Shown: piece by piece, positions 25,601-36,300 of the stretch
Numbering within the stretch: position 1 is the first letter of the stretch
Layout: each line of letters opens with the position of its first letter
NCBI GenBank assembly: GCA_000934665.2
Contig: KZ538325.1
Location: 1 to 64,000, forward strand
DNA length: 64,000 nucleotides
Reading direction: 5' to 3'
DNA from: Catajapyx aquilonaris
Lineage: Eukaryota
Made by a program: the position numbers and the translations under genes
The notes under the pieces: model-generated
What the model saw: the letters and a program-made list of their open reading frames with translations, nothing else
The model's database searches: none
Told to the model about the DNA's origin: nothing

Positions 25601-28600
25601 GTACAGTTTTACGATGCGAATCCAATCAGGAAATAATATGGCGGGTTATAGGTGGTAAACCCGTGGCCAACAGTTAGTCATTCCCATTTCTGCTATATCA
25701 TGAGAGTAGGATCAGTCTCATCCTACATGGAAGCACATTTTTGTGCAAGAATTGACCTGCAAAGGAGGAAAAGAATGCGAAGATCTCCTGTAACAAAGCG
25801 AACTGTAACCTCCTTTGTGGCACTGAGAACCAATCTTGGAGAGTCTCCTGTGTTCAAAGCTATCCGGAAGAAAAGAAGGTTGGGAGATGGGGAGCCTCTC
25901 TACCTACGAGGAGATTACAGAGCTGGAACTATATAGGACCAAATCGCATATTGAAATCAGACTGGATCTGGAACCGGGTTATACTTAAAAAAAGAAGTAT
26001 TCGCGCCTAGTGTGCTATATCTGACGACAATGCAGGTACCACATTCTGTTAAAAATCTTGTAAATAGGCTCAGATGCAAAAAAGAACGCAAGTGACTAAT
26101 CATTTTAACACCATCCTTTAGGAAACACCTTGTGCGTCACAACATCCGGAAATTGCTGCGACTACGCTCCTGGCGGTGTGAAAGGTCAAATTGTACTGTC
26201 AGACGCGCTTCCGAGCGTTCAGATTAAAGTTTCTGGGCGCGATTCGACAGTAATTCGGGCGCGAGACATCAGACATCGGAACGCGAAAGTGTCAGCCTGG
26301 TGGCAATTTATGTCTCCACAAAAGGTGGGGGGGGGAAGTCCCGGCATGCATTTCAAAACGGGGTTTCCTCCTAAGTCATTTCCTCCACAAGTTTCTCTCC
26401 ACAAAATAAACACAAATCTGAGCACCTTCTGTTGCATGAATATCAATTATATTAAGGAGGCTAATTACAGTAGCAATAGTGGTAACCAGGGCAGATTATA
26501 GAACCGCACAATAATTGCACCTTCTTGTCTTGATTGTACAAGAGGAACGGGCTGCTTGATACGGGTCCTTTCCCCTCCAGAAAGCGTGCGACAATCGCAG
26601 ATGCGCTCCTGTTGCGTTATGCATGAAATTTAGAGAAGCTTATGGATAGCTAGTGCCTGGCATTTGGTATGGCACAAAGATACACTGCTTCCAAAATGAG
26701 TTGCTACTACGCCCTGGTTATCCGCACATTAATAACCATCTAGGAATTCCGCGCCAGCTCTTCAGGGGATGCTGGATCTATGGAATTTGAGAGATAGTAA
26801 AGGCAACAATGCACTCAGTTTCATACCTATTCGTGTGCCCTTACAACGAAACCGAGAACACGATCACTTTCCTAACGCAAATAGGAACGGTCAGCCAGTC
26901 AGAATGTTCCCCGCTGCTATGTTTAGATTCTGATTGGCTGACCGCTCTTACGTTAAGCAAGCGTCCTGCGAATGATTGGCTGACCGTAAAGTACGTTAGG
27001 AAAGTGATCGTGCGTCCTACGACGAGTCGACTTGATTGGCTGGCACTGCTTACGTTTAGTTAGCAGCTGCCTCGTGTAAACAGGCTTAGCAATTAGAGGA
27101 AGCTTACAAACAATCTCAGCATCACTACAGCAGATAAGGAGGTTAATCCAAAGCGCATGACCACCAGAAGTGTTCCTCTCAGACCCTTCCTTTTGTCCCA
27201 CATATCGTCTGGTGGTTCAGTAACTTACGTAGATCTTCCCACGTCGCTCAGCCGTATAAACCCTCGCTCTTTTGTGCTTCCTGACATATCTCCAGGGGAA
27301 TTTAGAATACATTGCATTATCCTGCACAAAAAGGAACAGTGATGTGTTACGCGGAAGGATCCATAAAGCGCCTTATCGCACGGGTCATTACAGCTAAATT
27401 ATCGATGAGCCGAAAAAGGATGCGTCCTAAAAGTCCAGAACCGTGAGGGTGATGGGGAACAAATAGCCTGCGAGGAACGGGTTTTACCACATAGAATAAT
27501 AGGCATATAGTTTCCCTTTGAGTATCAACTTGCACCCAGTTTTTTACAGGGTTTTTGCGTATAACGAGATGACGCCCTGTGGGCGTACGTCCCTTCCTCT
27601 TTTCCTATCCTTTCACAGGCTTTATTTCATTACTATGGTCCTATACAATTTTAATGAAGAGACTAATTTTCAGGTGGTCGCTGTTAAGGTTAGCAGTAAT
27701 CTTAGGACGGAACGACCTATCCTTTGTAATTAGGACCAGGGGATCCTTTCCTCGCTTGTTTTTGCTCGCCTTGTCAACATTCATGTTGCAAAATAATGGC
27801 CGCGGTTTATAACCTGGAAGGTTATTATTAGTGGGCAGTAATGCGAGTGCTGGGTGCGTTCGGTTGGACGCTTAAAAAGTTTCACCTATCGTCGACATCG
27901 ATTTTCACTTAAAATGGGTGGAGAAAAGTGAATGTCAATACATAATTACCGGTAATGTAATCAGTGGCCATTAATTCAAATGTAGTTGCCATGGGGGTCC
28001 ATAAGCGAATAACAAGAGCCAATTTTGATGCGTAAGTAAATTAGAAGCTACGGTTAATTCGCATTTTAAATGACTAGCATGATTTGATTTGATTAAATCA
28101 TTTAAATCCAGGCTGGGGGTTATTATCAGTAGCTATTTTTTGAGCTGGGATCTGTAGTCACTCTTGCCAATAGTTCTGAAAATTGCGACAGGATAATCTC
28201 ATAAAAATCCCAAAACGTTTATAGCAGGGGCATTATCGTTGCCGTTCCCGTGCTTCCCGCAAGCATAATACACGTAATAGCTGGCCCGAGTTGCTTTACT
28301 CGAATTGCGAAATTACGGACACTCTGGACAAAAATGAAGCGCCCACTCACATTCAGGCGAGGGTTGTACAGCACAAAAAAAAAAAAATGCTTTGTGCTAT
28401 CCTCGCAAAACCGATTGATTTTATGGCAGAGGATTATACCTCGTAACGTGGCCCATTCACTGCTTCAATATAGAACACAGAAAGTTCTACGCAACCATAG
28501 AGCTGTCCAATTATCCGCGAGTCCGCATTGGCCACTAAAGAGCAACCATTTTTTTTATTTTCTAAGAATAGTGGGGGAGAAAAAGTAATGAAGTAATGTA

Positions 28601-29872
28601 CAAGGCTGGGCTTAAAAAGTTTGGGGGATCTTCTTTGCAATGTGTAGGTGGAAGGGCTCAAAGGTGATCTCGTTAGATAGGGGCTGTTTCCATAAAGTGA
28701 ATTTGGGGTCCCCATTAATGAGCTAATTGCAAAAATGCTTTCCGGCCAACTTGTGCGGGGAAGTTAACGGCAAAGTTCTGGTTCCATGGCAATGCTTAGA
28801 TGATCGTTTTTGTTTTGGGATGATGATCCCACATTTTTTTTAATTCGTTTTTGGAGGAGGGAGTATTGTGATGGGACCCAAGATAGATCCCTCATAATTT
28901 TTTTTTGATGGGGGGGGGGGGGGGGGNGGGATATTGTGACGGGACTGTCTCCAAGAGCGCATGCGTACAATGGCCAGTATCAGAGCCATCTACCGGCTGT
29001 TCCAGCATCTCTCTCATGTCCTGATTCTCAGGCTATTCTTTTTCTTAAAACACATCCAATCAATAGCAAGAAATGAAGCGGAAGAGTGGGTGTTCCATCC
29101 CGTTCCCTCTAGTGTCAACGGCACTTGCGCCTGGCCTCCCAAATTGGCCCCCATTGTGCTGGCAAAATGTATATTTGGTTCAACGTGGTGTCAGGGCAAC
29201 GTGTTGCAATTAGCATAACCCAGCTATAAATCCCCTTCCTTGCGGAAACTCGGCCAGCAGCAGACTGGCACACCCGCTTTTTGGAACCCTCCATGTCCTC
29301 CCAACCCCAACAATGTAGCCATTGAGCATTGCCAGGATGAAATTGACAGACGCGCCCGACGGTTTTGTCGGAAAATCATAATTGAGTTAGCATATAAAGT
29401 CTCTCTTTTCGGAAACCCTGCGGAGTGTGAGTGGCACTTTTGTGGCCGAATCATTGGACAGGGTCACACGCCATGGTAAAACCCCTTTCATGCCCTGGGT
29501 ATATACAGAATCCCCCAAGCCTTTTGTTGGGACGATATACGTGGGGATCAATTATTTTTCGATTGTATCGGCGTGTTACATTGCATGTGGGTCTGATAAT
29601 ATAACAATCTTTTTTTTTTGTACAAGAGGTTTTTTGGCGTAGGTTCAGTACTGGGTAAGATTAGTGGCTGGTTGGTGCCTGGGTGATACTGATAGCGTTG
29701 GATCGATTTTACCAAATTGAGAAGCTGTATTCTAGGTGGTGCAACTGGCGAACTTCCTTCGCATCCATCTGACGGTTGATGTACCCTCATGTAGTTGGAA
29801 ATGTTTGGAAAGTATGACACTATCATCATGTGTTAGGAAGAACATTCGTGGTTTCGAGACACAGTAGATAAT

Positions 29873-30114
29873 AGTGACATCCGCATTCACTAGATGGGGT
29901 TAGCTACCTTACTAGTTGTGGGTTCTGCCAAGTGGTGGTGTTGATTCGGTGGGTGTCGGGAGCGGACCTGCTTTGTAGCCAGTTGTGAGACAGCCTCGTT
30001 GAGGCTAGTCTGAATACTGCCAACATTTTACTTATGGTTCCGAACTATGCCCAGATTTTGGCTACAGATGAGCTCATACCCATTTTTGGTTTACATGCAG
30101 AGGTGACCATCACA
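29873..30114 (+). mobile_element. Diverged copy C of the same LTR-like family (boundaries approximate)
   Basis: tcactagatgg ... ctttgtagccagttgtgagacagcctcgttgaggctagtctgaata aligns with copy A ctttcgtagagtcagtcgtgaaacggtctagctacaggctagtctaaata. It ends ...catcaca and has no intact TSD. Confidence 0.5.
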
Positions 30115-32194
30115 CTTTGCGGGATGAAATATTTGACCTGACACGCATGCCCAAGCGAGAACCGTACAGGATTTGAATCGCCTAATCAGCTGGAGTGGTT
30201 CGATGTAATTGGATCCGTTGTCGTGGATAACGAAGTGGCGTGGGCGGGGGAATGTTGTGGGCGGCTGGGAATGATTGTGCGGGGCCGTTGTTTTTCAAGA
30301 GCTAGCTTGTTACCTTGTCACCACTTTGCCTAGTTTACCCGTGTACAAAATTTCCCAAAAAGCACTCATCTACGCGGATGCGTATTAGATTTTAACTAGG
30401 GTCGCAAGCAGTAGTGGGGAAATAATGAGTATGGAAACTGCATGGTATTCCACTTGAGGTTGTAACTTGATCGAACTGGGTTTAACCAGGCGTTTATAAA
30501 GGGCTTTATGTATAGACCGTATTTGGAAAGTGCGCGTGTCTGTCTAGTGGCCAGTACTGGTACTATGGGGTTGAATCAGGCTGAAATTATTGCTCGAGTT
30601 TTGACGCTCATGTAATTATTGTTTCAAAATTGATCAAATTGGGGTTATGTAACAATATGTTTGGGTTAATGGTTGGTGTCATACCGTAGGGTATAATGTT
30701 TATGGACTGGGAAGGTTAACAATGCAACCAACTGTTGGGAAGAAAATGGTGGGCAATATGACGTAATTTGAATCAATTTTAACCTACATTTAATTTTGTG
30801 AATGTAATATTTGTACCGGTAATGATTTTGATAATATCGTTTTGAAAGTTAATGTTTGCAGAAGGCTATTTATTTGTGTTCTGTATGATTTTAGAGAGGG
30901 TTTCAACTCAAATGGGCAATAATTGAATAACTAGGTTACATACACATTCAATAATTTCTGTTTAAAGTACTGTATATCCACTTTGTGTTGAAATAATAAT
31001 GCATCCTTGGCCAACAATTCACTTACAGCACCATGTAATACTCTCAGCTAGGAAATCTGGTCAGCCTCACCGCACTGTCGGTGCAATACATAAATGGTTC
31101 ATGGCATGCTGGGTTCAGAGCCGGATTCACGACTAATAAAATATTCCCAGGTTGTCCACGACCTGAAACTACCTACGAAACGAGCGATGAAACCACCCTC
31201 ATTTTGCAAGCAATCTCGACACCGAACATTTCGAGCGTGATCTTGACACATTCACCTTTGTCACAGACCTCCCCCAAAAAATCCGATTAATACCTCCATG
31301 CAATTGTTCCAAAATCCTTTCCTCCCTAATGGCCACCTTACATCTGCGTACAGTTCTTTTGAGGCCACAATGCAGATGCGTACCCTCTTTTTAGGCCCAC
31401 CAATTCTCGTTATCCCCATGCAGATGCAGGGAGCACCGACCCTCTTTTTGTTCCCTAGGATTTAATTTATCGGTCCACGTTCTGATGCCATTCTTCGCAG
31501 TGCAGTGGCCTAACTTTAGCCGACTACATTCCTTGTGTGTGTTGGGGCTGGTTCTGACACTCGAGTTAGGGCCAAGTCTAGAGGGATGCGAGCCTATTGC
31601 GGCATGGCCCGCAGTGCCAATTTGGGATGAGCGTCCCCGAGCCGCCCCCGGGAAGCTTGCTCATCTCCTCTGGGAAAGCGGATAGAAATGAGCAATTTCG
31701 TCCACGACATCAGCCGTGAGCTAATCACGTACCCCGCCCCTACAACGTTTTGCTATTTTTGGAATCACCCCCCAAAAAACCGGTGCTAAGATATACCCTA
31801 GTCTATAAATTGCGTAACGGATTGTGACGCATGTAAACAGTAAATTTTTGCGTCAAATGGAGCTTGCTTTACGGTGGTTGTTTGGCGAGCTGGGGCGACT
31901 CGGGAATGGCCACGCGAGCCATTTCATTATTCACTCCAGGGACGTTTGTATCGTGGGAGCACGGGGGTCTTGTCACTTTCAAGGAGATAACCTCTTGCAA
32001 CTGCTCTTTCAGCGAGTTGCAGGTGACAGGACTGGAGCAACTGGGAGTGGTGGTGATGGCCTGGCCCGTGGGCGGAACCCTCGCGAGGGACATAGTAAAC
32101 AGTTGAGTGTCGCATGTACAGAAAGAATTATATTGAAAGGATCTGCCGGACATGAAATCACTCACTGAAATGGGAATCACTCACTGGCACCTAC

Positions 32195-33322
32195 CTTGAA
32201 ACTCTTTCCTGGCTGCACTGACACTAGTGACAATGTTGGCCACGTGCCCTAATACAGTGGCGAAGAGTAGTAGTCCGAACAGGAGCTGCAAAATGACGAA
32301 GAGAAACTCCCCTTTGGTCCTAGGCCTAGGCAGGTCACCAATGGTGATAAGGGTAAGGGTGCACCAATAGTAACTTTGCAGGTACTGCATGACCACGTCA
32401 TCCCTTCCTTCATGCTTTTCGTTGGAGAAAACCCAGTTCTTGCTCCCGAAACCGTTGTTTTTGTGAATGATATAGTATAAGGAGGCGTTCCAGTGGAAAA
32501 TCACTAACAAATAGTGCACCAAACTGATGGAACGGAAGAGGTTTGGGTAGTTGGTGTGCCTCTCCGTCCTATCCATGAAGGCCCAGAACCGGTAGACCTT
32601 GACCAAGCGAAAGCAGCGCAACATGGAATTGTACCCGATTGACAGGTAGAGGAAGTCTAGGGGCAAGAGACAAAGGCAGTCGATGTAGAAGGTGGTGGAG
32701 TTCATATAGTATATCCTCAACTTTGTGGAGTCCGTTTGTAGCACCCCGTCCTCCAGGTATCCCGTCCGAAAGTGGAAGGCGATGTCCAATAAGTACAGAA
32801 AGTCGGCCAAGTAATCCAAACAGAACCACACTACGGTTGAACCGGAGGTGATCTCCTGGAAGGCGAAGCGGTAGATGAGCACCCAGAAGTTGTACAGGAA
32901 GGCCAGGGAGACGACCATGGACCAGTAGTAACAAAGTCTGCCGGCCGGGTCGAAAACAAAGGTCCACTTGCATCCTGTGCGGTCTGAGCCGCTGGTGCTG
33001 GTCTCCCATCGCTCCAGCTTGAGTCTGTTTCTAATGTCGCGTCTGCGGGCCTCTCTGGCCTTACGCGACACGTCCAGCTCGGAGGACGCCACGTGCGCCC
33101 TGTTGATGTAAGCAGCCGAGAAGGACTCGCGAGAGAACCTCTTGTTTCTGCTGCCCACCCCAAGCCGACTGCTGACGATGTCCAGTAGGCTCTGCTTCGA
33201 CACCGACTTGCCGCGGATGCTTTCCGTGCTCTTGCCGATGTACACGGGGCTCGACGTGTTGATGCGGGTACCCGATGAGCTCAGTCTCTCACCCACCATC
33301 CTGCCAGACGACGTGATGATTC
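32195..33322 (-). CDS. Internal coding exon of a cyclic-nucleotide-gated cation channel (alpha-type subunit; from memory resembles the insect CG42260-type CNG channel): N-terminal tail, S1-S6, pore and start of C-linker
   Basis: The translation has CNG hallmarks: FVFDPAGRLCYYW (pre-S1), FRTGYLEDG (S2-S3), LPLDFLY (S3), S4 LRCFRLVKVYR, DRTERHTNYPNLFR, S5 HWNA, pore YWCTLTLITIGDLPRP and S6 FATVLGHVANIV..ARKEFQ. The acceptor is ctgatgactctttgtttgttccacctttctggccag|GA (AG at 33324-33323) and the donor is CAAG|gtaggt (GT at 32194-32193). The exon is 1128 nt, phase 1-1. The ORF-track limits (32181-33491) overrun into the introns. Confidence 0.96.
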
Positions 33323-36300
33323 CTGGCCAGAAAGGTGGAACAAACAAAGAGTCATCAGTCTCACTCAAAATGCCTGGCACACTGAATGTTGGTCCCAGGC
33401 TCCCACCGGGTGGGACTTTCGCTACACTAACCACCCGGGGGAACGCGCAAAAGGGCAGTTTAAGACACCTTGAGGACGTATCGGTAACCAAACAGAAATA
33501 ATTTCAATATAAAATAGCTACAAGTTGGCATGTGAATTTCACAAAGAGTGCCTGAATGCAGGTTTTCGCAGTTTCGGGACACTGTGGAAACAATTGATTT
33601 GCACGTTCTCTCTTGTTGCTTTTGTATAAAACGCTCCTGCTTTATCTGTTATGATTTCTCCCGGGCATGTTCTTTTATCAACAAGACCCAATAATCCAGC
33701 CTCATGTGGCAGGCCCGTTTTTCATGAGAATTAATGAAACCGGGGAGGGTATCGAGGGTCCCACTCCACAATCTATAAATCAGTGTCGGCGAATCTCGGA
33801 TATTGTATTTAGACATTGTGCGGTACATGTCACTTTTGGAATTGCAAGGTAGAATAGTAGAACGATCATTTTGTTTACAATACTTTCCCTTCAGTTTTAT
33901 CTCATCAAGTTTTTGATATGCATGCGTCGAGATTGATTTACAGAGATGATCAGATGAACAGGTAGTGACGATGTAATTTATTGCTTGCTTTCCTGACACC
34001 TTGTATACTATGTGTCCATTACTTGGAAATGCAACGTGTCAATATTGGCCCCTACAGTGTGCGACACTATTAAATCAACATGTTCCACACTCCGGACAAC
34101 TATTACGAACATCTGTCAGGGCAAGGCTTGGCAGATCATGCATCACGTAGCAAAATCATGTGCTATAAGGTCATGAACTGTCAGTTTTGAATAGCATGCT
34201 CGCCCCTCTCTATTTTACCTAATAGAGTGTCTTCTACTGTATAGCTAGTGTAGCCATTTAGTTATATCTACAGAGGTTATCAAAAAAATGACAACCCCCA
34301 TTCATTTCAACAATACATTACTGGCAAGACCCCCATAAGTCAACCTATCGCCTGAACATGCCTGAAACAAGCTTCGATAGCAAAATTAATACTTTACATC
34401 ACTCCCTTGCGATTTCTCCTTCCGAGTAGATGCAACTTCGACTACCAAATTTCCCCCAGGACACTGCGGCCTTCCCTGGCTTTCACCTTCGATTTAGGCT
34501 GGCATGGCTGCCCTTATGGGGCCCTCTGTACTTTAACCCCAGCTGAAAGAGAATCGGCAATATTTTTGTGGACTATACGAGGAAAGAAATTAGTTCCGTG
34601 AATAAACCGCTGGGGCAGAGTGGGTCTCAACAAAGTGGCTTTTGTCGTGCACAACCTTTTCGTCAACGTCTAGGGTTAAAAATGGCGGCTCTTTGCTGAT
34701 TCCGGGAGACCAAGGTTGAGATTTAGTTTACAAATGAAGAGGCAGTGTCAGTGCTGTAATGTGGATTTGCAATTCGGATGTCCTTAAGAGTGGAAGGAAG
34801 GTGGTGTGCATGAGTGGCCCCGACGGATAACTTGCAAAATGTGCGTGTCACTGTTTCTTCACGGGGGTTCCAGTGGGGAAAATATTGTAATTGAATGTGC
34901 TACACACTACAGCAATAAAACTGGTAATCTATGTGTCACTTTAAATAGAAAAAAATAATTAAATTCATTGCTAAACCGCGATGATGTTGACCTGTGTTAC
35001 AACTAACACGTTGATCCTTGTCAATATTTTGCGGAAAGTCTATCGTTTATCCGCACCTTCCTGACTGTACGTAACAGTACATCCTTACAAGAAAATACAA
35101 ACTTATAATTACATTCCGCAGAACTGTTAGTAAATTCTGCAACCAGAGGAAACTTCCGGTAATAATTAGTCACACGCGAGTTGGCATAACGCAAAAGATT
35201 TTCCAAGCGTATAAATGAATCAAATGTGGAATTTAAAAGTGGCATTTACAGTGACGAATCTGCATAGTGATTATTGCTGAAATACTGTACCGTGTTGTTT
35301 AGTCTATTAGTGGCGTGAAACAAAACATGGTTGAATTAATAATTTATTGTAATTAATCAGTGACTGTTAATGAATCTATAATTTACTGCCGCCAACCATG
35401 TATTCAGTACCGCGTAACAAACAATCGTGTTTTATTTTTGCGAGACACAATCGGATCGGATCCCCTGCAAAATTACATCGCGAACTGATGAAACTACAGT
35501 AAACTTATTTGACAGTAATTTATACTATGCAGCGCACATTTGCCAAAGTATTCCGAAGATGTAGTATTAAAGCTATTAAAATCTACTCGGAACGGTAGTA
35601 GGAATAATCCAGTTAGGCTATAGAAAGCTAATGGCTCAAACTTTTCGCTAAAAACTGTGCGGTACTATACCCCCGCTAGTAATGCATTATAATAGAATCC
35701 CCTGTCGGCTTATGCGTTCATTAAACGTTTGCATAACCGTCCAAAACTAGGGAAATGCCGGCTATCTCGTTTGTACCTTTTTTAGCTGAGCGCACTTAGG
35801 CCATTTTGAACTAATATGGTAATATTAGTAAGCCAAAGCACCTTCCAAAACATAACCGATGTACATTGTGACGTAATCCAGGGCAATGTGTCTAGCCTCC
35901 CTCAGGTCCGCCATACGACAAGCATCCACGCCATCTCGAGGCAAAACTGCTAACTCGCAATCATGATAACATACCCCTTTGTAAAACCCCTCGTAAATCT
36001 GTGATTACCCACATTTTCCAACCCTTGCTTAGACGTTTGAGCGTGTGAGTGACAACGGTGGTGCAATGGGCAAGTCATCAGTCCACGGGGTATATTGTGA
36101 GCGTGTGATTGAATAGGAAAAGTGCCGGTGATAAACACGTGTGCTTCCGCTTAGGTTTCCGGCATCCCTATCGAACAACCAGTTTTATAGTCGGAAATGA
36201 ACCGTTTGGATCATGCACTGTGTACAAATTCGCTTGGGGGCATTACCCATCAAATCCTAGTTTGGCAGCTATGTGCAGCTATGGCGAGGTATTAATACTG

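Larger units (their letters stand above)
1..32194 (-). other. Predicted long intron (>32 kb) after the S1-S6 exon; the downstream CNG exons lie outside the window
   Basis: Donor at 32194. A by-eye search found no sequence encoding the expected C-linker or CNBD motifs (e.g. WFDYLW, FGEIS) on the minus strand. Confidence 0.65.

Noticed and set aside
32165..32194. 30-nt GT-AG micro-intron that would join the S6 exon in frame to the downstream ORF
   Set aside because: It is below the usual minimum spliceosomal intron size in most animals and has no branch point or pyrimidine tract.
33323..33491. N-terminal 56 codons of the 436-aa ORF call
   Set aside because: It starts at TTG and contains the branch point and polypyrimidine tract, so it is best read as intron sequence that happens to be open.
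32569..33501. Overlapping alternate-frame and antisense ORFs over the CNG exon (also 51452-51796 over exon 1)
   Set aside because: These are shadow ORFs expected from GC-rich codon usage, with no recognisable motifs.
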